From NCBI GenBank assembly GCA_963826525.1, contig CAWGXH010000005.1, forward strand, positions 192,001-256,000: a DNA stretch of 64,000 bases, read 5' to 3'. The notes beneath the pieces are model-generated. The model was not told the DNA's origin, made no database searches, and saw only the letters and a list, made by a program, of their open reading frames with translations. Position numbers and translations under genes: made by a program. The DNA comes from an uncultured Methanomicrobiaceae archaeon (GTDB taxonomy: Archaea > Halobacteriota > Methanomicrobia > Methanomicrobiales > Methanoculleaceae). This document shows, one piece after another, positions 23,288 through 34,656 of this stretch; the first letter of the stretch is position 1, and every line of letters begins with the position of its first letter.

Positions 23288-24910
23288 GGCAAAGAAGCGG
23301 GACGGCCTTGCGACGGATCGGCCTCTTCGAAGACGGCGACCGGAGTCTCTCCCTCCCGGCGGCGGTGGAGACCGAAGCCCTCTTCCCCGACCTCGCCGCC
23401 CGGGCGTTCTCGAACGTGCCCCTCGCCGCCGATCCTTCGTTCGTCCGCCGCTACCTCGCGGTGGGCGGCGGCCAGCCGGTCACCATTCACCCGGCCGCAG
23501 AGAACACCGCATCGTCCGGCGACTGCGTGATGGCCGCGAACTGGCACACGGCGCCTGGCAATCCCCGGAACTATGTCGAGTGGCTTATCGCCCTCAAAGA
23601 GCAGGTCGTTCCCGATACCGCATGGTATGCACCGGCCGCGGCGCTGCCGTCGACGGCCGCTCTCCTCATCTACTCGGGGTTCGATCTCTTCGACTTCCGG
23701 GGAGTCAATCTCGCGACCGCCCGGGGCGTCTTCTGCACCCCCGAAGGGGAGTTCCCGGCGGCGGCGATGGACGACGGGCTCTGCGGCTGCGTCGGGTGCC
23801 GGGAAGGCGACCTCAAACAGCATAACCGCCTCGCGCTCGAGCGGGAGATCGCCCTTGTCAGGCGGTTCGTCGAGGCAGGGCAGCTCCGCGAACTGATGGA
23901 GGCGCGCTGCCGGATGGACGCAAGCCAGGTCGGCATTCTCCGGTTCCTCGACCGGAAGTACGCCTTCATGGAGCGCCGCCTTCCCATCGCACGGGATGTC
24001 ACGATGCGGGCGAACTCCGCCGAGTCCCAGAACCGTCCGGAGGTGCGGCGGTACGCCGAGCGTGTCATCGAACGGTTCATCCCCACGCGTACCGACGTCG
24101 CGGTGCTCCTCCCCTGCTCTGCGAGGAAGCCCTACTGCCTCTCCCAGAGCCACAAGAAGTTCATCGCTGCGGTGGCGAACCGCGGCCACGAGTTGATCGT
24201 CACCTCGCCCCTCGGGCTCGTGCCGCGGGAGCTTGAACGGGTCTACCCTGCCGCCCACTACGACGTGCCGGTGACCGGCTACTGGGACCGGGAGGAGTGC
24301 GCGTTCATCGCCGATATCCTCGCCCGCTACCTCGCAAAGCACGCCTACCGGCGGGTTATCGCCCATCTCGAGGGCGGAGCGCTCACGGTGGCGGAGATGG
24401 CTGCGGAGACGCTCGGGATCGACCTCGAAGTGACCTGCAACGACCGCCCGACGAGCGGGACATCGCTCCGGGCGCTCGATGCGGCGCTCCAGGGCGAGCG
24501 GCGGATACTGCCCGATATGGTGCGGGGAACGATCTCGTGGCAGTTCGGGACCGATATCGATATGAGAGGGCTCCGCGTCCGGAGTAAAGGGCCGCAGGTC
24601 TCGGTGCTCAAAGGCAAGCAGCAGTTCTTCAGCCTCGACCCCGGGACGGGACTCTTCCGGCCGACCTTCGAAGGGTGGCAGCTGATCCCGGAGGGCTACC
24701 GGGTGACGATCGACAACTTCGTGCCGCAGGGGGACGTCCTCGCCCCCGGCGTGACGGATGCCGACCCGGCCATCCGGGAGGGCGACGAGGTGCTGATCGT
24801 CGGCGAGTCCGCTCTTGCCACGGGGAGAGCGATGATGAGCGCCGAGGAGATGCTGCGGTCAAAGCGCGGTGTCGCCGTCAAGGCGCGGAAGGTGCGCGAA
24901 GCTCGAGTGA
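23274..24910 (+). CDS. arcS: Archaeosine synthase with C-terminal PUA domain (frameshifted at the ends)
   Basis: LLPCSARKPY..SHKKF, TSPLGLVPRELE..YPAAHYDVPVTGYW, PUA domain APGVTDADPAIREGDEV. Confidence 0.9.
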
Positions 24911-24962
24911 GGCCGGCGGCCGGAGTGCCCGCACTTTCGCCCCCTTTTGAAGGAAAGAAAAA

Positions 24963-25289
24963 TTATTTTTTGGGAGTCAGCTTCACCGCTGTCCCGTAGG
25001 CGAGCATCTCCGCCGCGCCCGGCATCGTCTCGGAGGTGGTGAACCGGATAGCGACCACCGCATCCGCTCCCATGCCTTTTGCGGTGTTTATCATGCGGTT
25101 GATCGCCTCGAGCCTTGACTCGCTGAGCATCTCGGTGTATGCCTCGAGTTCGCCGCCGACGATGCTCTTGAGCCCCGACATGATGTCTTTTCCGATATGT
25201 TTCGACCGGACGGTGTTGCCGTAGACGATGCCGATGACGGATGTGTCGTAGCCCGGTATGAATTCTGTCGTTGATAGAAGCACTCTCAT
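24963..25289 (-). CDS. YbjQ / UPF0145 family protein
   Basis: GNTVRSKHIGKDIMSGLKSIVGGEL..GADAVVAIRF..AYGTAV. Confidence 0.92.
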   Translation of the reverse strand: MRVLLSTTEFIPGYDTSVIGIVYGNTVRSKHIGKDIMSGLKSIVGGELEAYTEMLSESRLEAINRMINTAKGMGADAVVAIRFTTSETMPGAAEMLAYGTAVKLTPKK

Positions 25290-25457
25290 TCACTCCTGTA
25301 TCTGCTCGATCTGCTCCTCCCGTGAGCGGAATACGACGAGCGCGATTCCGATCAGGATGAGGGGGACGGCGTAGAAGAGGAGAAAGGGAAAAGCAAAGGG
25401 CGCCAGAACGGCTCCGAGGACGATCAGTGCGGCTCCCCACTTCACCTGACTCTTCAT
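25290..25457 (-). CDS. Small two-TM membrane protein (55 aa)
   Basis: Manual translation MKSQVKWGAALIVLGAVLAPFAFPFLFYAVPLILIGIALVVFRSREEQIEQIQE*. Its stop abuts the ybjQ start. Confidence 0.65.
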   Translation of the reverse strand: MKSQVKWGAALIVLGAVLAPFAFPFLLFYAVPLILIGIALVVFRSREEQIEQIQE

Positions 25458-25675
25458 GCTTTTACTATCATGCTACGGATGAATAATGGCTTTTCCATAC
25501 GATGTGGCGCGGGCCGTACCAGGTCACAGCCATTCCCGGGGTTCTGTTCCGGGTCGGGGCCGTTCTCCATCTTCGGAAGGCTCGGCGAAGGCCGTATGCC
25601 GGGGATGCTTCGACAGATGCAGTAAAGAGACAGAAAGCACAATAGATACCCACGATTCACAAGGCACTAACAGGA

Positions 25676-26536
25676 GTGACGCGGTTGTATAAAGTGAATA
25701 TGGCGACCGAGATCGCCGAAAGGATCTATGAGTTCTGGATACGTGCCCCCCAGGTGGCGCGCAATGCACGTGCAGGGCAGTTTCTGATCCTGCGCATCGA
25801 CGAACAGGGCGAACGCATACCCCTCACCATCTCCGCCGTGAACGGCGACGCCGTGCGGGTGGTCTTCATGGCAGTCGGGAAGACGACCCAGCACCTGGCA
25901 ACCCTCAAAGCAGGGGATGCTCTCGCGGACGTCGTGGGACCGCTTGGGAAACCGAGTGAGATCGAGAATTTCGGCACCTGCTGCCTCGTCGGCGGGGGTG
26001 CCGGGATCGCCTGCCTGCCGATCATCGCACGCGAACTGAAAGAGGCAGGTAACCACGTGATCGGGATTATCGGTGCACGGAACGCGGGCCTCCTCATCCT
26101 CGAAGACGAGATGCGGGAGATCTGCGACGAGCTCTTCATCACCACCGACGACGGCAGCAAAGGGTTCCACGGATACGCTGCCGACGTCCTCAAGCGGGAG
26201 CTCGACCACCGGACGATCGACCGTGTCTGGATCATCGGGCCTGCGATCATGATGAAGGTCACCTCGGCCGCAACCGTCCCCTACGGCGTCAGGACGTTCG
26301 TCAGCCTAAATCCCATCATGGTCGACGGCACCGGGATGTGCGGGTCGTGCCGGGTGACCGTCGGGGGCGAGACCAAGTTCGCCTGCGTCGACGGCCCCGA
26401 GTTCGACGCCCACCAGGTCGATTTCGTCGAGCTGATGCAGCGGCAGCGGATCTACACGGATCAGGAGAAAGTGGCGGTGGAGCGGTTCGCCGAACATGCC
26501 TGCCGGTGCGGTGAAGGAGGCCACCACCATGGGTGA
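25676..26536 (+). CDS. nfnA: NfnA/SudB: FAD/[2Fe-2S] small subunit of NADH-dependent ferredoxin:NADP oxidoreductase
   Basis: GERIPLTI, GPLGKP, SLNPIMVDGTGMCGSCRV, FACVDGPEFD. Confidence 0.9.
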   Translation: MTRLYKVNMATEIAERIYEFWIRAPQVARNARAGQFLILRIDEQGERIPLTISAVNGDAVRVVFMAVGKTTQHLATLKAGDALADVVGPLGKPSEIENFGTCCLVGGGAGIACLPIIARELKEAGNHVIGIIGARNAGLLILEDEMREICDELFITTDDGSKGFHGYAADVLKRELDHRTIDRVWIIGPAIMMKVTSAATVPYGVRTFVSLNPIMVDGTGMCGSCRVTVGGETKFACVDGPEFDAHQVDFVELMQRQRIYTDQEKVAVERFAEHACRCGEGGHHHG

Positions 26537-27872
26537 CCGGCCGGCCGACGTCCGGGTTCACGACTTCAAGGAAGTCGATCTCGGCATGACCGTCGACGAG
26601 GCCATCGCGGAGGCCGAGCGCTGCCTGCAGTGCAAAAAGCCGCTCTGTGTCGGCGGATGTCCTGTCTGCATCGATATCCCGGGTTTCATCGCCGAGGTCG
26701 CGAGCGGCAACTTCCGGAAAGCGGCGGCGATCGTGAAGGAGCAGAATATGCTCCCCGCCATCTGCGGCCGTGTATGCCCGCAGGAGACCCAGTGCGAGGG
26801 CGTCTGTATTCTCGGCAAGAAAGAGACCCCGATCCGGATCGGCGCCCTCGAACGGTTCGTGGCGGACTGGGAGCAGCAGAACGGGCTCGTCTCCCCCGAG
26901 GTCGCCGGGTCGACCGGAAAGCGGGTCGCCGTCGTCGGGTCGGGACCCGCCGGGATCACCGCTGCGGCCGAACTCGCCCGTGCGGGCCACGCGGTGACCA
27001 TCTTCGAGTCGCTTCACGAAGCCGGCGGCGTCCTCACCTACGGTATCCCCGCGTTCCGCCTGCCGAAGGAGATTGTGAAGATCGAGATCGATCAGGTGCT
27101 CGAGATGGGTGTCGGGCTGAAGAAGAACTATCTCGTCGGAAGAAGCCTGACCGCTGCCGATCTCCTCAAGTACGATGCAGTCTTCCTCGCCACGGGAGCG
27201 GGGCTTCCCTCGTTCATGGGCATTCCCGGGGAGAACCTTCCCGGCGTCTACTCGGCGAACGAGTTCTTAACCCGCGTCAACCTGATGCACGCCGATAAGT
27301 TCCCCGTCTTCGACACGCCGGTGAAGCACGGCGCACGGGTCGCGGTCGTCGGCGGCGGCAACGTCGCGATGGACGCCGCCCGGGTCGCCCGGAGGCTCGG
27401 AGCGAAGGTCACTCTCATCTACCGCCGCCGCGAGGAGGATATGCCCGCACGGCTCGCCGAGGTGCACCACGCGAAGGAAGAGGGGATCGAGTTCGCCACC
27501 TGCACGAACCCGACCCGGATCATCGGCGACCAGTTCGTCACCGGTATCGAGTGCGTGAAGATGGCGATGTGCAAGCTCGACGCAAGCGGACGCCCCTCCC
27601 CGAAGGAGGAGGAAGGAAGCGAGTTTACTATCGACGTCGATATGGTCATCATCGCCATCGGGACGAGCCCGAACCCGCTCCTCGTCTCGCTGATCCCCGG
27701 GCTTGAGCGGAGCCGGAAGGGAAACGTCGTCGTCGACAAGGACGGCAGGACCTCGATCGGCCACGTCTATGCCGGCGGCGATATCGCCACCGGAGCGGCG
27801 ACGGTGATCTGGGCGATGGGCTCTGCGAAGAAGGCCGCCGCCGCGATCAACCGGATGCTCAAGGAAGAATAG
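26529..27872 (+). CDS. nfnB: NfnB/SudA (GltD-like) large subunit
   Basis: RCLQCKKPLCVGGCPV, CGRVCPQETQCE, GSGPAG, GGGNVAMD, AGGDIATGAATV. Confidence 0.9.
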   Translation: MGDRPADVRVHDFKEVDLGMTVDEAIAEAERCLQCKKPLCVGGCPVCIDIPGFIAEVASGNFRKAAAIVKEQNMLPAICGRVCPQETQCEGVCILGKKETPIRIGALERFVADWEQQNGLVSPEVAGSTGKRVAVVGSGPAGITAAAELARAGHAVTIFESLHEAGGVLTYGIPAFRLPKEIVKIEIDQVLEMGVGLKKNYLVGRSLTAADLLKYDAVFLATGAGLPSFMGIPGENLPGVYSANEFLTRVNLMHADKFPVFDTPVKHGARVAVVGGGNVAMDAARVARRLGAKVTLIYRRREEDMPARLAEVHHAKEEGIEFATCTNPTRIIGDQFVTGIECVKMAMCKLDASGRPSPKEEEGSEFTIDVDMVIIAIGTSPNPLLVSLIPGLERSRKGNVVVDKDGRTSIGHVYAGGDIATGAATVIWAMGSAKKAAAAINRMLKEE

Positions 27873-27879
27873 AGCAATA

Positions 27880-30430
27880 AACATAATTCTTCATTTGATA
27901 GCGCACGAGGTTCACTGCTAGCCTTTTCCAATAATAATTGGTAATCGGTACATCCATTATTTTTACATGGAACGGCTATTCTCTGTAATAATGGTGGAGA
28001 GCCTTCCCATGGTGGTTCAAGAAATCTGATCTTTGAAACTTGGTGAGAATCATTTAGAGGATAATACCATAACTGATCAGCGCCAATACACTTGCTGTTG
28101 TATAATCATCGCCTACCCCTATTGCAGCGCACATATCTCCCTGCCAGTTCCTAACTCACTCTCTTCTGCCAATGAGGGAAAAAGAACGAATTAAATAAGA
28201 TTGCTAGTTCTCTTCCAAATCCAAAACTCTCATCGTCAATGTGACACTGGAATGACTGGTGGGAGATTAATTTCACTTGAGGATATATCCTTCCATTCTA
28301 CGAATGTCAGACTTCCAGCGCCATCCAACAACGGAACAGGTAAACGATCGTGAGGGACAAGACTCCAGAATGTTTCAGAGGGTATTCCGAAATATGCGTT
28401 TATACGTCCTAACTGATACCACTTTCAGCGGGACCGAGTTCGAATATTTCGTCGATATGATCTGATAACATTTAATCTAGTATACTGGCGAAAAATCGGC
28501 TCAAACCAATGTTCATTGGAACCGATTATTTCAATTCTCCCAACATCGACTTTAAGTTTCTTCTTGGGTATATTCACTAGTAATTTTAGGTGGATATATA
28601 GGAGAAATCTCCGTGCTTGCGACTTACTGCGATACTAAAGATAATGGGGTTTATCTACATTTGACAGCATGATTCCGTCACGGTAGACAGAAAATTGAGA
28701 GGCATGATTACAACTTGGACTTGAGTCTCTACATATAAGGATGCTTCATCTCCGTTTTGTTCGAATGTTGGTTGCATTCCAAGTCAGAATCGTTCCTCCG
28801 AACGTAATTAGACATTTCCTTGTCAAAATCAATATCATCCTTTGGGACTAATAGTGAAAAAATACCCTCGTAACCTTCCAGTTTAAGGTTCTCTCTTAAG
28901 TAAAAAGAAACCTCGTTAAGTAATTCTTTGGCGAAGGGAACGGTATGCGGTAAGAAAGCCTCTTCAAATGGGTAAGTAAGGTCTAACTGTTGAATTTGAT
29001 ATTCAAAACCGTATCTGTGTCTAATCTTTTCTGCATCTTCATTGGGATGAATTATTATTGTTTTTTTATCACTCTCATCGATTATTATTGGAAATTCGGC
29101 AAATCCGGCTATAATCGATAAATATATTGTAACATCGAATTCCTCACTTGATATGCCACCTTTCCTTAATTTATTGCTGTACACGCGGACACGGACAGTA
29201 GTTACTATGGATCTGATGTCCTGTGGGCGCTTCGAAATTCTAAAATGCCTCAATACATCCGGGATGGTTATTTCAAGAGAATGTCCGTAATTAGAAAAAT
29301 ACGGATCAACGCATGTGAATATTTCGACTTTTTCAGCGACTTGGAAGCGACTTAATATCAATTCCGAACTGAGAAATCAGGGTATAAACTGATACCTAAA
29401 CTGATTTCTTTCTTCTTAAAGTCTTCACTTTGGTAGTAACTTCTTCCAGCGACTGCAAGATAATTTTTGACAATATATTCGTCCATCCCAATTCCATTAT
29501 CTTTCCACGTTACAATTACGTCTCCATCTGCTTGATGCTCAACATTTACGAATATCGCTCCGTCTGGGCCACCTTTCAGCAACTCTTTTCGCATTCGAAT
29601 AGCATCGATGCTGTTTTGAAGAAGTTCACGAAGAAATACATAATAATCGCCATGGTATATCTCATTCGCTAAGGATTTCAAAGATATTTTGACGATCAAA
29701 ATCAAACAGAATAACTACGGGTTCAAAACCGTTTGTCTCAATTTTAAAATCGATATGAGAAAGATCGAGCATGTATTTTTCTTCTCTCATCCTTGCGAGG
29801 ATATCGTTGCAACCCTTTAACTGCTCCTTGCAATAATCTTCCAGATCTTTTAAAGCGGCATAGACTTCGTGGTCTTCAGTAGAACCACTTACCTGAACGT
29901 ATCGGCCATTTTGATAGGGTGGAAAAGTAACAGGTCTTATTGCGCGATGTTTTTTCCATTCAAGTTGAGACTTTGAGTTTTTTGGAGCATACAAATTTGT
30001 ATAGTACGAGTGGAGTTCTGCCCTCGGACATATCAAATAGGTCGATAAGGCGAACGTATAGCGTTAAAGCACAAATATTGACACTGTTTTCTAGAATAGA
30101 ATCTTGCAGCGGATATCGTTTCGTATTGTTGCAGTTCCTCAAATGCTGCTCCATGCCCGACACATATTTTTGAAATTGCTTCCCCTACACTCGAATTTAT
30201 CGGGTTGAAATAATGGCGTATGCGAAGCCCGCTCCGTTCAGCGTGGGTTTCTCTGACATATGCCTGCCATGTTTTTGTCGAATTCCTCTCCTTCAAATAC
30301 CGAAACATTATGATCTTTTGCAAATTTACTAAACTTATCGGGTTCATCTTGGAGCACCGGATGAGGAAGGTCATCGATAGACCCATAGGTATCGTCTGTG
30401 AAGAGGCCGTTCTCTCTTATCACCATTTCA
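27880..30430 (-). pseudogene. AT-rich islet encoding a fragmented HD-CE + Hsp90-like (HATPase_c) protein
   Basis: Fragments RETHAERS..ICVGH..RLIDLFDMSEGRTP..SQLEWKKH, then IYHGDYYVFLRELLQNSIDA..DNGIGM (GHKL ATPase motifs). There is a sharp compositional shift, and no N-terminal HD motif is visible. Confidence 0.7.
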
Positions 30431-30588
30431 TGGAGTGGAGATCAGGAAGCCCCCCTCCCTGATACAGTTGCCGCCGGTCCACGCGTATGCAGTGCGTGCC
30501 ACAGTAAGAATACCGTCTGGTGCGACAGGATGATTGACAGGTTGTTGTCTTCTCCGCTGGCGATGGTTGCCGAGGCCGTATCGGTCTA

Positions 30589-31311
30589 TCACAGCTCCCC
30601 GGCAATCTCCATGAGGGCGCGGGCAAGGAGGGCGGGGTGGGTAACCATCGCGTCGTGGGAGGCGGGAATCGTCCGGCACGACCAGCCCTCTCCCTCTGCC
30701 TCGTCGCAGAACCTCCTGAATTTCGGGGCAAGAGGGGACTTCGTGCAGTGGATATATCCCTTCGGGACTTTCTCGTATCCGCCGGAGGTCAGGCAGAGGG
30801 GTTCGTGCTGGCACCTGACGGAAAGTCGGTGAGGTGGGACCGTGCCCATGCACGTTCCTCTTCGTCGGCGATGCCGAGCGCTGCGACGAATGCGTCGGTG
30901 GGGGGGAGGCGCCAGCCGTCGCCGCCCTCCGCTGCCGCCTTCGTGTACGCAGAGCGGGTCGCTTCGGGCTGAAAGTCCCACATCGCCATTCCGTCGCGGC
31001 CGGTATAGGCGTCGAGGAAGATGAGCCCGGAGAGGCGGTCATATGTCCGGTCGGCAAGCTGCGAGATGACCAGCCCGGCGTACGAGTGGCCGACGGCGAT
31101 GACGTCGGAGATCTTCGAAGGAGAGGACGCTCTGGAGGTCGAGGACGTGGGTGGCAAGGCCCGTCTCGTGGGTGAGGAGGTGGGAGCGCTCGCCCATCCC
31201 GGTCAGGGTCGGCGCAAACGCCCGGTGCCCCTCCGCCTCAAGGAGGGGCGAAAGCCTCCTCCAGCACCAGCCGCCGTGCATCGCCCCGTGGACGAGAAGA
31301 AAGGTCGCCAT
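30589..31311 (-). CDS. Alpha/beta hydrolase (esterase), frameshifted
   Basis: MATFLLVHGAMHGGWCW, VGHSYAG nucleophile elbow, IPASHDAMVTHP. Confidence 0.88.
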
Positions 31312-31608
31312 ACTGCTCTTCTCCCCCATTAGCCCCGGGGGCCAGTGCGGCCCTCCCTCTTCGCTGCTTCGCGCCCAATTGTCTGTATCACCCGCATCAT
31401 ACTGCACTCCGTCCTTCCGGCCACATCCCGATACGTATTCTAGGGGACGGGGGCGGATATACTCTCTGCGTTTTTCAAGCGCCGGATTGCCTTCAACAAC
31501 TCTCCGGCAGTGCATTGCGGCGCACTTCTGTCCGGAATATACAGATCGGGCGCTGCAGGCTCGTTTCAAAAAAGAAATCCTTATCCCGGCACCTGCGATA
31601 TGCTGATT

Positions 31609-32115
31609 ATGGATAAGCCTCAAACGACATCCCCACGCCCTGCGGCCATCCTCTTCCGGCTGACGATGGCGATCGGTTTCGTGGGCGTCTTCTTCGGGAT
31701 CTACTTCGCCTTCATCGACCCGGCCCTCGGCGTGCAGGTCGCAGCCCTCCTCCTCGTCGGGATAACGGGTATCATCAGTTTCCTCCGGCACTCCGTCTTC
31801 TGGCGGTCGGACCAGGCCCGGATGGGGTGGAGACCCGGTAGCCCGCAGTTCCAGATGGAAGTCGGGTTCGCGAATCTGGCGGTAGGCGTTGTGAGTATCG
31901 CTGCAGTCGTGCTCGCCTGGGGGACGGCCGCCGTGGGAACAGCGCTCCTCATCTACGGGATCTATATTGCGGGCGCCGCTGTGGTTCACGTGCGTGATGC
32001 CCTGGGCGAACCGGAACGGCGACCGGCGATCCTGAAGAAGACTCTCTATACTGGTTTTTTTGCAGTCGCTCTTCTGGCGTTCGGGGTGTTTGCCATCCTC
32101 AACGTAGCCTCTTGA
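31609..32115 (+). CDS. Membrane protein (DUF6790-like)
   Basis: Several hydrophobic helices; ARMGW..SPQFQMEVGFANLAVG. Confidence 0.7.
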   Translation: MDKPQTTSPRPAAILFRLTMAIGFVGVFFGIYFAFIDPALGVQVAALLLVGITGIISFLRHSVFWRSDQARMGWRPGSPQFQMEVGFANLAVGVVSIAAVVLAWGTAAVGTALLIYGIYIAGAAVVHVRDALGEPERRPAILKKTLYTGFFAVALLAFGVFAILNVAS

Positions 32116-32143
32116 TCGCGTACGGCGGATCAGAACCGAGCCC

Positions 32144-32656
32144 CTATTCTTTTAGATAAAACCGCCACTTGCAGAAGATATTCTCGGGATGCGGATCGGG
32201 AGGGGCAAAGAGGCACTCGACGCAGATCCGCTCGTCGATCTGCCGTGCAAAACCCGTGAATTCCGCCCGGTGCATCTCGCGGCAGACGTACTCGCCGAGG
32301 CCGCGCCGCAGCCGTGCTTCCTGGCTCGGGCACGAGGGGACGGTGATGATAACCTCGTTGTCCCTCTCCTCGATGTCGTAATCGACGATGATCGCCCAGG
32401 GAAAGAACTTCAGCGCCTTCACGAAGCCGCGCAAACCTTTCTCCCGAATATCGAATCTGGCAACGAGGTCTTTCGCAGCCATCGGGGCGACGCGCCCCCA
32501 GACTCGTTCGTTGACCGCTTCCGCAGTCGGCTGGCCGAACTCCTCGGCGATATTGATGAACCAGAATGCGTCCACCACACGGTAATGCCAGAGGAGGAAT
32601 GCAAGATACTCTCTCATCTCCTCCGGGGTCATTCCATCAAATATGTCACTGGCCAT
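32144..32656 (-). CDS. DUF6125-like (V4R/ATC-hydrolase-like) protein
   Basis: [50 protein letters not shown]. Confidence 0.7.
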   Translation of the reverse strand: MASDIFDGMTPEEMREYLAFLLWHYRVVDAFWFINIAEEFGQPTAEAVNERVWGRVAPMAAKDLVARFDIREKGLRGFVKALKFFPWAIIVDYDIEERDNEVIITVPSCPSQEARLRRGLGEYVCREMHRAEFTGFARQIDERICVECLFAPPDPHPENIFCKWRFYLKE

Positions 32657-32683
32657 GGAGAACACCGTTGTCGTTCGACCGGT

Positions 32684-33094
32684 TCAGGCGCGCTTGGGCG
32701 TCTTCCGGTAGACCATTCCCTGGAAGATGGCGATCTTCTCCGCGGCGTCGTTCGTAATCCTGACGGTATACGATGCCAGTTTCGGGTTTAAGGCATACTC
32801 CTCCGCCTCGGCGTAGAGCGTCCCCTCCCGTGCGGCCGTGAGGTAGGAGATCTCTGCGTTGATCGCCGCCGCCGGAATCCCGTGGGAGTTCGAGGCGAGG
32901 GCGAAGGCCGTATCGGCGAGGGTGAAGAGCGCCCCGCCGTGGACGGTTCCGTGGCTGTTTTTGTGGTAGTCCCGAACCTCCATCTTCACTACGGCCCTGC
33001 CGGGAGCGACCTCGACGCATTCCATCCCGTTGTGTTGTGCAAAGGCATCGGCAGCGAAGAACCGCGCCGAATCTTCTGGTACGACCATATGCAA
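32684..33094 (-). CDS. paaI: PaaI-family hotdog thioesterase
   Basis: HKNSHGTVHGGALFTLADTAFALASN. Confidence 0.88.
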   Translation of the reverse strand: MHMVVPEDSARFFAADAFAQHNGMECVEVAPGRAVVKMEVRDYHKNSHGTVHGGALFTLADTAFALASNSHGIPAAAINAEISYLTAAREGTLYAEAEEYALNPKLASYTVRITNDAAEKIAIFQGMVYRKTPKRA

Positions 33095-33175
33095 TAGTCT
33101 CTTTCGGGCGGCCGTAATAAGCCTGTCAGTCCGTGCCGGTGCGGAGGGTGAAGAGCGGTGTGCCGGAAAGGCGGA

Positions 33176-34107
33176 TCAGGCGAGACCCTGCATCTCGGCG
33201 GGATCGACCGCCCAGACGTAGCGCATCACCGATTCCCCGCCCAGGGTCACGCACGAGAACGCATAGACCGGCAGCACGTACTGCTGTGGTTCCGTCTTTG
33301 TCTCTATCCAGTAGCCGAGCGAAATGTTGCGCACCACGCAGAATTGCATGCAGCACGCCGGCTGAATCACGAGTTCGCCGGAGCAGAGCCGCCGGTACGC
33401 CTGCTCCGGCGTCAGAATCGGAACAAAGCGGACAGGCTGCGGCTCCAGTTCCCGGAGAGACTTCGAAACCGCTACCACTTCGCCGTTTTCGCCGATCGAG
33501 ACTGTAATGCCTGCATTATAGACACGCACTCCTGGATCTCCTCCACGAAATGCACGTGCTTTGTAAGAATATATTCCGTGGCGGTTGGGCCTATGCTTCC
33601 ACATGAAGATCCGACGCTCACGTCCTCAAAGTATACGCCATCGGGAAGAAGACCTCGTTCCTGCAGGTAATTCGTCGCAACCGCACGGATCTCTTCGTCG
33701 GATGGGAGGTCCGGCTGCCGGTGAGTGGTGTAGGGGTACGCCTTTTCTGGGATAATGTACCTGGAACGCTCCGGAGTTCGCGTAATAGTGCAAACTTCCG
33801 GGAGACCTTTCAGGCTCCTGCACGTCTCCCGATACGCCGAACAGATTGCCGAGGCGCCGGATCTCCTCGGTGCTGTTGTCGGGGAGAACCGTCCGGTAGA
33901 CCGGATACGAATCGTTTACGTCCGGAAACGACGTGACACGGACGTACAGACCATGACAGTCCGGTTATGTACATACCAGAAACGATGCCGATCAGTACCG
34001 ATGACTGTGAGGAGGGCCTTTCTCTTCGCGATCATGCGTCGAAACCCCGTTCCTATGGTGAGAGATGAGTTTCGGAGTATATAGGTATTTCCGCGGTTCC
34101 CGTTCAT
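33176..34107 (-). CDS. Hypothetical protein (frameshifted; start uncertain)
   Basis: Coding-like fragments DLPSDEEIRAVATNYLQERGLLP and PILTPEQAYRRL..ISLGY..QYVLPVYAF. Confidence 0.5.
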
Positions 34108-34656
34108 CGTACCGGGGCGTTTAGGAATTAATCGGTTTTAGCAGCGCTTTTCCCAGAATCGAACGCAGGCGGCGGGCGAGCGGCTCACACGGAGCCTCCG
34201 GATCCGGGCGGCCGCGGGCGAGGGGAACGCATCCCCATCCCGTCCCGAACGAAGGGCAAATCGGCGTTCTTTTTCGAATTTTGTGCCCTCACCGGAGGGT
34301 GGATCGGGGCTATCGGAATTAACCGGCGCATCTCCCCCCGATTCCCGAAAAACGGCAGGATCGCAAGGGCATATCGGCGATATGAGCAGAGGTAATTTCG
34401 AGAGGATGTATATCATGCCTCGCCCGGAGATCGGTCGTCTGTGGGCGTCTGTGAGGGTCGAAAATTCAGGCAGATCGGTCTCGAATTGCTGGTATTTAAG
34501 CATTGCTTGACCGGCATTGCATTCTGCACCCCCGCCGGAGTTTCGTATCCGAGATTCCTGCCGTGCATATGTCCGGGTCGCCACCGGAACCGGGAGTAAA
34601 TATGAACCGGCCCTCCCTACCCGACCGCCGGAACTGTTGCGGAAACGTCCTGTCAA

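Noticed and set aside
26529-27872. Glutamate synthase small subunit
   Set aside because: It is paired with an NfnA/SudB-like gene and no gltB is present, so NfnAB is the better call.
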